A DNA stretch of 64,000 bases from Bacteroidota bacterium (lineage in GTDB: Bacteria; Bacteroidota; Bacteroidia; Bacteroidales; WCHB1-69). Shown piece after piece: positions 18,855-28,557 of this stretch. Position numbers and translations under genes: made by a program. The notes under the pieces are model-generated. The model was given only the letters and a program-made list of their open reading frames with translations. It was not told the DNA's origin and made no database searches. The stretch covers positions 51,814 through 115,813 of the forward strand of contig JAGDMF010000002.1 of assembly GCA_017860455.1 (NCBI GenBank), written 5' to 3'. How positions within the stretch are numbered: the stretch's first letter is position 1; each line of letters opens with the position of its first letter.

Positions 18855-19988
18855 ATGAAAAAAATCGTCTTGCTATCCCTCCTTTTAAGCTCATTACTTG
18901 TTTATTCACAGGTTGATTCAATAAAAAACATAGAACAAGACTCTCTTAAATGCATTAGAGTATCAAACCAGGTTCAGGATTCGTTGGTTTTTCAATTTTC
19001 TCATCAAAAATTTGATCGATTTTTCCCCATAATAAATTACTGGATAGACTCTTGCGGATATTTCGAGCCCACATTACGTTCAATAATTATAGAAGAGATC
19101 ATTACAGGAAATCCTGTAGATTTAGCCATTCAGGATTATTTTGAGGTTGGATACTATGACATTTTTCAAAACAGAAGAACTGATGCTCAGGAGTATAACT
19201 ATTATGATTTTTATATGGATAATGTAGTTTATTACGGATTTATTCCTTTAAATTCAACACTAGATTCAGTTATTCAACAAAGAGCTTATGAATGGAAAGA
19301 TTCCACTTTTTTAACAACAGATGAGCGTCTAATGTGTTTACTTTTCTCAGGGGATCAATATGAATTTGAACAATTAGCATTAAAAAAAGAGAATAAAAAA
19401 TCAATTATTGGGAAACAGATCCGTCACCAATATCGTACTGAAAGAGATCAATATATTGCCTTGATTTTTGGTACCGGGTGGTCATTCCCCACAGATAAAA
19501 AGAATGTTTTAGGAGTTAATCAAAGCTTAAAAATAGGTCTATCATCGTCATTATCTAACAGATGGATTTTTGATTTGCTTTTAGATTTAAAAATTAATTA
19601 CAATCCAAAACCTTTTGATTTTTATGCATTGGATGTCATTAATGAAGTAAAACCTACTACCATTTTTAATATTGGAGGATTCATAAACTATCGGTTATTT
19701 GGAATTCGATGTGGATTAAATAAGATTTTTATTATTCCCAAAGCCGGCTTTGGATTTGATTTTATTTCAACAGGAATATTTGAAGAAGTGGGACAGGAAG
19801 AATACAATTATTACAATCCAACAACTATCAATATCTCTTTAGGAATCAATACGTTAATTCCATTATTAAAAACAAGTTATTTAGGAATAGGGATCAATTA
19901 TCACTATATTCCATTCAATTTGGACAAAAGAGTAAAAACACCATTAGAATCTCATTTTATCAGTGGAGAGGTGTTTTGGAGACTTTAG
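18855..19988 (+). CDS. Hypothetical exported protein with a C-terminal beta-barrel-like region
   Basis: Signal peptide, 377-aa ORF, aromatic C-terminus. Confidence 0.6.
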   Translation: MKKIVLLSLLLSSLLVYSQVDSIKNIEQDSLKCIRVSNQVQDSLVFQFSHQKFDRFFPIINYWIDSCGYFEPTLRSIIIEEIITGNPVDLAIQDYFEVGYYDIFQNRRTDAQEYNYYDFYMDNVVYYGFIPLNSTLDSVIQQRAYEWKDSTFLTTDERLMCLLFSGDQYEFEQLALKKENKKSIIGKQIRHQYRTERDQYIALIFGTGWSFPTDKKNVLGVNQSLKIGLSSSLSNRWIFDLLLDLKINYNPKPFDFYALDVINEVKPTTIFNIGGFINYRLFGIRCGLNKIFIIPKAGFGFDFISTGIFEEVGQEEYNYYNPTTINISLGINTLIPLLKTSYLGIGINYHYIPFNLDKRVKTPLESHFISGEVFWRL

Positions 19989-20044
19989 TTTCTTATATTG
20001 CTTTAATTAAAAGGAAGATAAGATATCAAAAAACAGAAAGCTAA

Positions 20045-20686
20045 TTATTCTGCAAACACTTTCATGGCAATATAAGCACAAGCTTCTGCATCAGCTAGTG
20101 CATTATGATGATTGGTCAGGTCATATCCACAATGAGCGGCCACGGTATTTAATTTGTGATTTTCAAGATCCGGATACACTTTTCTGGAACCCTGACAAGT
20201 ACAATGAATCGGATAATTGGGATAATACATTTGATACATCTGATGAGCCGCTTTCAGACATCCTCTTTCAAAAACATTATTGTGAGCGACTAATGGCAAA
20301 TTGCCAATTTTTTTATCAATTTCTGTCCAGACCTCTTTAAAATTGCGGGCATTTTGAGTATCCTTATCAGAAAGGCCATGAATTCTTGTATTAAAATAAT
20401 TATAAAACTCGGGTTCCGGTTTCACCAAATGATAAATTTTATCAATTATTTGACCATCTTTTACAATTACAACACCAACACTACAGATACTGGTAGGGTA
20501 TCGGTTTGCTGTTTCAAAATCCAAAGCAGCAAATTCCTTTAAAACAATTTTTTTGGGTTCTCTTGTTTTTCTGACCTTTTTAATTTTTTGGTGAATTTGT
20601 TTTTTAGCAGCATCATCTTGAATAAAAACCACTAAATCATCCCCATTGACAGGTTGAAACTCTTTTTTTTCCTCTTTTTTCTTCAT
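20045..20686 (-). CDS. DEDDh 3'-5' exonuclease (DNA Pol III epsilon-like)
   Basis: ALDFETAN, VAHN..FE, HHNALADA. Confidence 0.9.
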   Translation of the reverse strand: MKKKEEKKEFQPVNGDDLVVFIQDDAAKKQIHQKIKKVRKTREPKKIVLKEFAALDFETANRYPTSICSVGVVIVKDGQIIDKIYHLVKPEPEFYNYFNTRIHGLSDKDTQNARNFKEVWTEIDKKIGNLPLVAHNNVFERGCLKAAHQMYQMYYPNYPIHCTCQGSRKVYPDLENHKLNTVAAHCGYDLTNHHNALADAEACAYIAMKVFAE

Positions 20687-20718
20687 ATCCCACGGCACAT
20701 TCTGCCAAAACTAATAAA

Positions 20719-21813
20719 TTACAAATCCCAATACTGATTTACGAAATCATCCACTTCCTCTTTAGAGTAGTTTAAAAAAGTCACATGACCCATTTTGGAA
20801 TCTTCGACGATATCAGATTTCAAATAATCATGGACAAAAACACGTGGTAGAGATAATTTTTCCAATTCTTTCACCCCATTGATATGTTGACCAAAAAAGC
20901 TCACTGAAATTGCAGGGTGAAGTAAATCTGTATTTTCAAGTGGAAGGCCTGTAATAGCACGAATATGTTGTTCAAATTGACTTACATTACAAGCTTCAAT
21001 AGTATAATTTCCTGAATTATGAGGGTGAGGAGCCATTTCGTTAAAGATTACTTCCTCATCAAGCACAAACATTTCAATAGTCAGAGTTCCCACAAATCCT
21101 AAATTTCTCATTATAGTTTTAGCCATCAACTCAGCTTTATGAGTTACCTCATCCGAAATGGAAGCAGGAACTATACTCATCAATAGATGAGTTCCCTTGT
21201 TGATATTCTGAGCAATCGGAAAAGTAGTGATATCGCCGAAAATACTACGGGTAACAACAATACTGATTTCCATATCAAAAGGTACATATTTTTCCAAAAT
21301 ACAATGGCTTTTTTCAACAATTCTGGAAGCTTCAGGAAACTGATCTGCACCTTGAAGGACAACATATCCTTTATAATCAAAAACATTGCATGTTTTTAGC
21401 ACACATGGATAATCAATAAGTCGCACTCCTTCAATCAATTCGTAAGTATTATTCACAGGAATATATTCCGTACAAACGGCTCCAGCACGGGTAGCAGAAA
21501 TTTTTTCACGTAATCTGTGTTGCGCAAGAAATAGAGGCATCTCACCTTGTGGAATATTGTATAATAATCCAAGTTCTTTTATCGATGTATAAGGAACATT
21601 TTCAAATGCATAGGTTACTACTTCTGTTTTCAGGCACAATTCTTCCATTTTTTTAACATCGTTAAAATCCGCAACGATCTGTTCTTCTGCAAATTGCGAA
21701 CATGGGCAGTCGGGTTGAGGATCAAGAACTACGATTTGCATCCCCATTCGATGGGCAGCCTCCGCCATCATCATTCCCAAATTACCACCACCAATTATAC
21801 CTATCTTTTCCAT
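20719..21813 (-). CDS. purK: PurK-like ATP-grasp protein (N5-CAIR synthetase family, divergent motifs)
   Basis: IGGGNLG, FENV, EKYVPFDMEIS, EMF, NEMAPHPHNSG, SQFEQHIRA, KMGHV. Confidence 0.75.
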   Translation of the reverse strand: MEKIGIIGGGNLGMMMAEAAHRMGMQIVVLDPQPDCPCSQFAEEQIVADFNDVKKMEELCLKTEVVTYAFENVPYTSIKELGLLYNIPQGEMPLFLAQHRLREKISATRAGAVCTEYIPVNNTYELIEGVRLIDYPCVLKTCNVFDYKGYVVLQGADQFPEASRIVEKSHCILEKYVPFDMEISIVVTRSIFGDITTFPIAQNINKGTHLLMSIVPASISDEVTHKAELMAKTIMRNLGFVGTLTIEMFVLDEEVIFNEMAPHPHNSGNYTIEACNVSQFEQHIRAITGLPLENTDLLHPAISVSFFGQHINGVKELEKLSLPRVFVHDYLKSDIVEDSKMGHVTFLNYSKEEVDDFVNQYWDL

Positions 21814-21940
21814 TCAATAGTATTTTAAAACGCAAAGATAACTAAATTCAGTTTATGTTTCTCATTTTTTAAATGAAAAGGGCATTTAATTATGTCAAAT
21901 TTTCATTATTTTTGTAAAAAAAATAAAAACTTAACGATTT

Positions 21941-22393
21941 ATGAGAGTTGTCGTTCAAAGAGTAAAAAGTGCTTCGGTGGTAGTTGAGCAAAACGTCACT
22001 GGATCGATAGGAAAAGGGCTTTTAATACTACTAGGAATTGAGGAAGCAGACACCATGGATGATATTGATTGGCTCAGTGCAAAAATTGCTCGATTAAGAA
22101 TTTTCCCTGATGAAAAGGAAGTGATGAATTTATCGGTAACAGATATAAAAGGTGAACTATTAGTTGTAAGTCAATTCACTTTACATGCAGCCACAAAGAA
22201 GGGGAATCGGCCATCCTATATCAAAGCGGCACCTCCGACAATTGCTATTCCACTTTATGAAAAATTTGTTGAAAAACTGGAAGCAGAAACCGGCAAAAAA
22301 GTAGAAGAAGGGATTTTTGGAGCCATGATGGATGTCAGTTTAGTCAACTGGGGTCCAGTAACAATCTGGATAGATACTAAAAATAAAGAGTAA
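21941..22393 (+). CDS. dtd: D-aminoacyl-tRNA deacylase
   Basis: MRVVVQRV, SQFTL, KGNRPS, FGA.M.V.L.N.GPVT. Confidence 0.97.
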   Translation: MRVVVQRVKSASVVVEQNVTGSIGKGLLILLGIEEADTMDDIDWLSAKIARLRIFPDEKEVMNLSVTDIKGELLVVSQFTLHAATKKGNRPSYIKAAPPTIAIPLYEKFVEKLEAETGKKVEEGIFGAMMDVSLVNWGPVTIWIDTKNKE

Positions 22394-22470
22394 CCCCAGA
22401 ACTTTCATCTATTCCAAACTTAGTCAGTTCAGTCATATATTTTTACCCCAGAGAACTCAAAGATTAATTA

Positions 22471-22845
22471 CCACAGTGGACTCAGTGGTTATTTACCACA
22501 GTGAACTCAGTGGTTATCTACCACAGTGAACTCGGTGGTTATCTACCACAGTGGACTCAGTGGTTTTCTACCACAGTGGACTCAGTGGTTATCTAGCACA
22601 GTGGACTCAGTGGTTATCTACCACAGTGGACTCAGTGGTTATCTACCACAGTGGACTCAGTGGTTATCTACCACAGTGAACTCGGTGGTTATCTACCACA
22701 GTGAACTCGGTGGTTATCTACCACAGTGAACTCGGTGGTTATCTACCACAGTGGACTCAGTGGTTATCTACCACAGTGGACTCAGTGGTTTTCTACCACA
22801 GTGGACTCAGTGGTTATTTACCACAGTGAACTCAGTGGTTATCTT
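22471..22845 (+). repeat. Tandem array of 15 x 25 bp (ccacagtggactcagtggttatcta)
   Basis: Exact 25-bp period from 22471 to 22821 with few variants (gg/ga, a/g); no unique spacers. Confidence 0.95.
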
Positions 22846-22950
22846 TTTTGGAAAGTTTAGAGTTTTTTGATAGAAAAATTTCACTAAATTATTGATTATG
22901 TAAAAATTAGTTTGTACATTTGTACTCTATTATTAACTCAAAAACTCAAT

Positions 22951-23334
22951 ATGATGAATGAAGAACAACTTAACAACTTGACTAGACAAATCATTGGATT
23001 TTCTTTTGATGTTCACACTGCTTTAGGACCTGGCTTGCTCGAATCGGCTTACAAAACTTGCTTGTTTTATAAAATTCAAGAATCAGGTTTATATGTAGAA
23101 AAGGAGAAACCGATTCCGGTTGTTTACAAAGGAGTAAAATTAGATTGTGGATACAGAATTGATCTATTAATTGAAAACAAATTGGTGTTGGAAATTAAAA
23201 GCGTTGAATCCCTAAGCAATTTACATCTGGCACAGATGCTAACTTATTTAAAATTAGGAAATTTTGAATTAGGATTGCTTTTAAATTTTAATGTCTTAAG
23301 AATGAGAGAAGGAATTAAAAGAGTGATTAACTAG
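22951..23334 (+). CDS. GxxExxY protein (PD-(D/E)XK nuclease superfamily)
   Basis: VH..LGPGLLESAY, YRIDLLIENKLVLEIKS, AQ.LTYLK, GLLLNF; ATG at 22951. Confidence 0.93.
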   Translation: MMNEEQLNNLTRQIIGFSFDVHTALGPGLLESAYKTCLFYKIQESGLYVEKEKPIPVVYKGVKLDCGYRIDLLIENKLVLEIKSVESLSNLHLAQMLTYLKLGNFELGLLLNFNVLRMREGIKRVIN

Positions 23335-23357
23335 TTGTTAATGAACAATGTAATAAC

Positions 23358-23580
23358 ATCTCAGTGTCCTCTGTGGTAAAAATCTCAGTGTCCTCTGTGG
23401 TAAAAATACTTTGGGTTCTCTGGGGTAGTAACTATCAGGGTTCTCTGTGGTAAAAATCTCAGTGTCCTCAGCGGTAAAAACACTTTGTGCTCTCTGTGGT
23501 AAAAGCACTTTGGGTTCTCTGGGGTAGTAACTATCAGGGTTCTCTGTGGTAAAAACACTTTGGGTACTCTGGGGTAAAAA
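23358..23580 (-). repeat. Tandem array of 9 x 24-25 bp (ctcagtgtcctctgtggtaaaa / ctttgggttctctggggta), inverted relative to the upstream array
   Basis: Reverse complement accacagaggacactgag aligns with the upstream unit accacagtggactcagtg. Confidence 0.88.
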
Positions 23581-23604
23581 CGAATTAATTTAAAAAAAAT
23601 AATT

Positions 23605-24750
23605 ATGAATAATTTTACTTTTCAAAACCCTACAAAACTGATCTTTGGATCAGGTACAATTGCAAAATTGACTAAAGAGATCCCTTTAGACAAAAAAATA
23701 ATGATCACTTTCGGAAGTGGCAGTGTTAAACAAAACGGTGTTTATGAACAAGTTAAAGAAGCTTTAAAGGGACATAACGCTATCGAATTCTGGGGTATTG
23801 AACCTAATCCAACTGTTGAAACTCTTCGAAAAGCTGTTGCTATTGGAAAAGAACAAGGGATAGATTTCCTTTTAGCTGTTGGGGGTGGTTCTGTTTTAGA
23901 CGGAACAAAATTGATCTCTTCAGCTATTCCTTTTAATGGTGACGCTTGGGAATTAGTATTGAATCCTTTACTAATAAAATATATGATCCCACTTGCTTCC
24001 GTTTTAACATTACCGGCAACAGGGTCTGAGATGAATCGGGGTGCAGTGATTTCAAATCACGCTATACATGAAAAAAGAGCATTCTATTCTTCTCATCCTC
24101 AATTTTCAATTTTAGATCCATTAGTTACATTTTCTTTGCCGGAATATCAGGTTGCTTGTGGAATTGCGGATACTTTTGTTCATGTAGTGGAACAATATTT
24201 AACTACACCAGGACAATCACTGTTGATGGATCGCTGGTCTGAGTCAATATTACAAACACTGGTTGAGATTGCTCCAAAAATTAAAGCTGATCCTCACAAT
24301 TACGATTTGATGTCGCAGTTTATGTTATGTGCAACTATGGCTTTGAATGGATTCACAGCAATGGGAGTTACACAAGATTGGGCAACTCATATGATCGGAC
24401 ATGAAATTACTGCTTTGCATGGTCTGACACATGGTCACACTTTAGCTATTATTCTTCCCGGAACAATGTCTATTATGAAAAACCAGAAATGGGATAAAAT
24501 TTTACAGCTGGGAGAACGGGTTTTTAAAATTTTAAATGGAGATGAAGCTTTAAGAGTGGAACAAACAATTATAGAAACGGAACAATTTTTCCGTTCTTTG
24601 GGGTTAGAAACCAAATTGCATGAAGTTGGTATCGGTGAAGAAACCATTTTAAAGATTAAAAATCGCTTTTTAAAAGAGGAAACCGTTTTAGGCGAAGCTC
24701 AAAATATTGATGGAAATATTACCGAACAAATTTTGAGACAAGTGCTTTAA
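23605..24750 (+). CDS. Iron-containing NAD(P)H-dependent alcohol dehydrogenase (YqhD/BdhA family)
   Basis: NPTKLIFG, IEPNP, AVGGGSVLD, LPATGSE, DWATHMIGHE, HGHTL. Confidence 0.93.
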   Translation: MNNFTFQNPTKLIFGSGTIAKLTKEIPLDKKIMITFGSGSVKQNGVYEQVKEALKGHNAIEFWGIEPNPTVETLRKAVAIGKEQGIDFLLAVGGGSVLDGTKLISSAIPFNGDAWELVLNPLLIKYMIPLASVLTLPATGSEMNRGAVISNHAIHEKRAFYSSHPQFSILDPLVTFSLPEYQVACGIADTFVHVVEQYLTTPGQSLLMDRWSESILQTLVEIAPKIKADPHNYDLMSQFMLCATMALNGFTAMGVTQDWATHMIGHEITALHGLTHGHTLAIILPGTMSIMKNQKWDKILQLGERVFKILNGDEALRVEQTIIETEQFFRSLGLETKLHEVGIGEETILKIKNRFLKEETVLGEAQNIDGNITEQILRQVL

Positions 24751-24770
24751 AAGTTGTAAATGTTTTTAAA

Positions 24771-25520
24771 TTATTCCAAGAAGAAAACAATTGTACTGAC
24801 AACTCTTGCTTTTTGAAGATATGGTTCTTCCGGTTGGGCAACATCTTCTTCATCATAAGAATAGTTACCGGCAATTGAGATTTGTCCTTGTGATGCAGTT
24901 TTAATTTTGCCCAATTTAGCTTTTGAATCATTTGCAAATTGTTCACCTGCTATTCGGGCATTTTTTGTACTTTCTGCTATCAATTGTGGTTTGATAGTAT
25001 TCAATTCAGGAAAAACATATTCTGTTGATATCGTACATGTTAAATCTTTACTTATCAAATCAAGTTCCATCATAGAAGCATTGTCTTTCATTTTTTCGAC
25101 ATCTTTTGTTTCAATGGTAATCACTTGAACAACAGTATATCTATCAATTTTAACTTTCACTTCTTGTCCATTTCTCCATTCCATTTCATAGTAATCTTCA
25201 CGATCAGTCACCATAATATTTTCAACCTTGATATCCTGATCTGTTTTACCGGTACTTTTTAAATACGCAATAACTTCATTTTTTTTGTTATTTGTTTTAT
25301 TGATAACATCTTGTAAAATGTCTCCTGAAAAGGAAAATTTCAATCTGACGGTAGCAGAAGTTGCTTTTAAATTCATCTCTGCTAATCCTTTAACCGTCAC
25401 AACCCGGTCTTTATCGCTAAAAGTTTTAAGTCCTTTAAAAATAAAAAACCCTAATAAGATAAGTCCCAACAATATTGAAACTCCTAAAATCATTGATTTA
25501 AATATTGACTTGCTTTCCAT
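24771..25520 (-). CDS. SIMPL (DUF541) domain protein
   Basis: N-terminal TM, RVVTVKGLAE, KNAR..GEQFA.DS...LGKIK.ASQGQ.SI. Confidence 0.88.
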   Translation of the reverse strand: MESKSIFKSMILGVSILLGLILLGFFIFKGLKTFSDKDRVVTVKGLAEMNLKATSATVRLKFSFSGDILQDVINKTNNKKNEVIAYLKSTGKTDQDIKVENIMVTDREDYYEMEWRNGQEVKVKIDRYTVVQVITIETKDVEKMKDNASMMELDLISKDLTCTISTEYVFPELNTIKPQLIAESTKNARIAGEQFANDSKAKLGKIKTASQGQISIAGNYSYDEEDVAQPEEPYLQKARVVSTIVFFLE

Positions 25521-25541
25521 AATAATTTGAATAATAAATGA

Positions 25542-25985
25542 TTAATACGTTTCTTCTAATAATCTTGTTCGTTTTATTAAATTACCATTAAAAGAAGACA
25601 ACTTTCTTTCCAATTTTTTTATTTTTAAATCAGGTAATTTTGTAGTATTATCTCTTGTCAAAACGATCCGACCAAAAATATAATAACCTGAGAGATTATC
25701 TTTCAATACATCTATACTTCTGTCAATTTGTTCAATAGCACGACTAATATCTGAACCTTTTAATTCTATAAAAAAAGAGTATTTTCTATTGCAATTTAAA
25801 AGTAAAAAATCACATTTCGCACTAGAATCACTAATAAGTCCTCCATCTACTTTATACTTAGAAATGAAGTCTAGACTTTCATTATTATACTTGTATGTTA
25901 CTGAACCTCTATCTGAACATGTTACAATGCTTCTTCGTTCATGTTGAAAATCAAAATGATGATTAAAGACTTTACAATTACACAT
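25542..25985 (-). CDS. Small hypothetical protein with PD-(D/E)XK-like motifs
   Basis: KVDG, KCDFLLL..FIELKG.D...A.EQI; overlaps the stop of the upstream ATPase. Confidence 0.65.
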   Translation of the reverse strand: MCNCKVFNHHFDFQHERRSIVTCSDRGSVTYKYNNESLDFISKYKVDGGLISDSSAKCDFLLLNCNRKYSFFIELKGSDISRAIEQIDRSIDVLKDNLSGYYIFGRIVLTRDNTTKLPDLKIKKLERKLSSFNGNLIKRTRLLEETY

Positions 25986-27156
25986 GATCCTTCTCTGTTA
26001 GTATATTATATAGATAATCAAATTCTTCATTGATCAATTTTGATACGGAATCAATTTGTTCTATCGGAATCATCTCAAAATCTTTATCAATTATTTTTTC
26101 TACTGTTCCGTCTTTTACAAATCCTGCATAAACATTTTCGAAATCTAACCACAACTGTTTATTCACTTTTGTTTCAACATCTTTAAATGAAGTTCCACTT
26201 GCTTTTTTGGCTAAAATCATGTTATTGATTGTAGCTAAGACATAAGGGCTGTGAGTTGAAATTATAAGTTTGTTATCTTTATTCAAATTACTAATTGAAA
26301 CTAAATGTTTAATCAAATTCATTTGTGTTACCGGAAACAAATTTTGTTCCGGTTCCTCTACTATGTTAACAAAAGCCTTTTTATTAAATTTATTTGAAAG
26401 AGTAGATATTGCAATCTGTTTTTGTTTTTCTGATAAATTATTGTTAGTTATTATACTACTGATTTCATCTTGAAAAATTCTAATATCGCCACTTGACATA
26501 GGTATATTATCTTTATTTTCAACAAGTTTTGCTAAATATTCGGTGACAATATACAAAGGTATCAAAGATTGTAAACCACTTGCAGCTTCTGTTATCTTAA
26601 TCTTATAGTTCTTGTTTTTTACATACAGCATTTCATGCCTTTTGTTATATTCTATTTCTAAACTAGATATTGGTAAAGATAAAGATCCTTTCAAATTATT
26701 TGTTGCATTAAAGTATTCTCTTTCAAAATCTTGCAAAGCTCCTTCAGATTTTAAATCTTTAGTTGATCTAAGATAAGTAAGAAAATTCCTTTCGGCTGGA
26801 ACATACATTAATTGAGGTAATTGGTAATCATGAACATCTCGTTTTGAAATTGTTATTTTATTTTGAAAATATTTAATAATGGATGCTTCCCCATAATATT
26901 CAATCAGTGTATCAGTTTTAAGATAGTTCTCAATTCTATGATAACTAAGAAACGTATTTTTAAATCGATTTTCTTTTTCAAGCCAATTAATGTCAGAACC
27001 TCGAAATACTGATTTTTCAATCCATAGAAATGTTGAAATAAGCTTAATAATTGTACTCTTACCAACTGCATTTTCTCCAATAAGTAAAATAATTTTTTTT
27101 AATTCAATTTCCGCACTTGAAATTGATCCAAAATTTTTAATTATAATACGTTGCAT
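25978..27156 (-). CDS. AAA_15/AAA_21-type ABC-like ATPase
   Basis: IKNFG.I, Walker A GENAVGKS, YVPAER, ASG.Q signature, Walker B IVEEPEQNLFP, STHSPY. Confidence 0.88.
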   Translation of the reverse strand: MQRIIIKNFGSISSAEIELKKIILLIGENAVGKSTIIKLISTFLWIEKSVFRGSDINWLEKENRFKNTFLSYHRIENYLKTDTLIEYYGEASIIKYFQNKITISKRDVHDYQLPQLMYVPAERNFLTYLRSTKDLKSEGALQDFEREYFNATNNLKGSLSLPISSLEIEYNKRHEMLYVKNKNYKIKITEAASGLQSLIPLYIVTEYLAKLVENKDNIPMSSGDIRIFQDEISSIITNNNLSEKQKQIAISTLSNKFNKKAFVNIVEEPEQNLFPVTQMNLIKHLVSISNLNKDNKLIISTHSPYVLATINNMILAKKASGTSFKDVETKVNKQLWLDFENVYAGFVKDGTVEKIIDKDFEMIPIEQIDSVSKLINEEFDYLYNILTEKDHV

Positions 27157-27240
27157 ATTTTTTGTTTTTAAAGATGTACAAAAATAAACTTTTTATTTAA
27201 TTAAAACACTAATTTAAAATGATTAATATCAATAAATTTT

Positions 27241-27810
27241 TCAGATCAATTTTCGATCCCGGAGTTCCCAGAAACATTTGGCTGTTGCCCAAATATCAAC
27301 GGCTGCATTATGAGCTTCATCAAATCCTGTTTTGAACAATTTGTAGTGTAATTCACTCAATTTAGGCCATTTGGGACCGTAAGGCCCCATTATTGCGCAA
27401 AAATCAACAGTTGAAGCCATTGTACAGATCTTATTTTTGTTAGAAATGATATTTTTCATCCCTAATCTCAGAAATTCTGCTCCCATAATTTTTTCATCAA
27501 AAGCCATATTATGAGCGATTAATGTATCTGATTCACTTATAAGATTGGAAAAATGGAGTAAAACATCATATAAATTCTCACCCTCAGTTAACGCTCTTTC
27601 ATGGGAAATACCATGAATTTTTGATGAGTCAGAAGGAATGATAAAACCATCAGGTTTAACAATAAAATTCCCTTCTGAAATCTTATTTCCAAATGGATCA
27701 TATTGCAAATATGCTAATTGCACCAATCTGGGCCAATTGTTTAAATCTGTAACCGGAGCTTTCCAATTTTTGGGGAGACCTGTCGTCTCGGTATCAAAAA
27801 ATAAATACAT
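27241..27810 (-). CDS. DnaQ-like DEDDh 3'-5' exonuclease
   Basis: FFDTETTGLP, AHNMAFD, AHNA..D. Confidence 0.9.
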   Translation of the reverse strand: MYLFFDTETTGLPKNWKAPVTDLNNWPRLVQLAYLQYDPFGNKISEGNFIVKPDGFIIPSDSSKIHGISHERALTEGENLYDVLLHFSNLISESDTLIAHNMAFDEKIMGAEFLRLGMKNIISNKNKICTMASTVDFCAIMGPYGPKWPKLSELHYKLFKTGFDEAHNAAVDIWATAKCFWELRDRKLI

Positions 27811-27815
27811 GATTA

Positions 27816-28532
27816 TTATTGGGTTTGAAAATCTTCCCATTTACCCATATCTTTCCAATCATCCTGATTATGAAGATATCCGTAGATGGGGTATTTTTTG
27901 GTTAATTCTAAATATAATGGGGTAAAAGATAATTTTTGATTTTCGGGGATGAAGTTTAAAATTTCGGTATTCACAATATGGATTCCACTAAACCCAACTA
28001 ACTTGGGTTTTTGTGTTTGATGACTCCAAATTGTATCCCCGGTTTTAGAGTTGTTCCAGCCGCAAAGCTGAAGAGAATCCTGATCAAGAATGAAATGGCG
28101 TGTTGTATCTCTCTCTTTAACGGCTAAAGTAGCTAAGTGTTTCTGGTTTAAATGTTCAGAATATAAATTAGAAAGATTGATATTTGAGATAATATCAACA
28201 TTGTACAACAAAACATGTTCACTATTTTTAAAAAATGGAGCTGCTTTTCTAAAACCGCCGGCTGTATCAAGTAACAATTCAGTTTCGTCAGAGATCTCAA
28301 TATGCGCATCAAAAGAATGAGATTGAACAAAATCGAAAATTTGATCAGCAAAATGATGAACATTGATCACAATATGATGGATATCTGAAGAAATTAATTT
28401 TTGAATTGCATGTTCCAATAGTGTTTTCCCCTGATATTGAACCAAAGCTTTAGGTTTATCCGCAGTTAAAGGATAAAGGCGGGTTCCAAGACCCGCCGCG
28501 AAAATCATGGCACTAATGTTATCCATTGACAA
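27816..28532 (-). CDS. Sugar-phosphate nucleotidyltransferase (MurU-like)
   Basis: AMIFAAGLGTRL.PLT..KPKAL, LLDTAGG, YNVDI, W.DMG. Confidence 0.88.
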   Translation of the reverse strand: MSMDNISAMIFAAGLGTRLYPLTADKPKALVQYQGKTLLEHAIQKLISSDIHHIVINVHHFADQIFDFVQSHSFDAHIEISDETELLLDTAGGFRKAAPFFKNSEHVLLYNVDIISNINLSNLYSEHLNQKHLATLAVKERDTTRHFILDQDSLQLCGWNNSKTGDTIWSHQTQKPKLVGFSGIHIVNTEILNFIPENQKLSFTPLYLELTKKYPIYGYLHNQDDWKDMGKWEDFQTQ

Positions 28533-28557
28533 TTTTTCTGCAAAAATACAAAATAAT

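Larger units (their letters stand above)
22440..23580 (+). mobile_element. Putative repeat-bracketed GxxExxY element (TIR + tandem array + nuclease gene + inverted tandem array + TIR)
   Basis: Outer ends tttttaccccagagaactcaaag (22440-22462) and ctttgggtactctggggtaaaaa (23558-23580) match 21/23 as inverted repeats; mobility is inferred, not shown. Confidence 0.55.

Noticed and set aside
22526-22729. 67-aa ORF in the 25-bp array
   Set aside because: Periodic translation of the repeat; no independent coding evidence.
22471-22845. CRISPR or TIGR-like guide array
   Set aside because: Units are contiguous and nearly identical, with no unique spacers and no cas genes; this is a tandem repeat.
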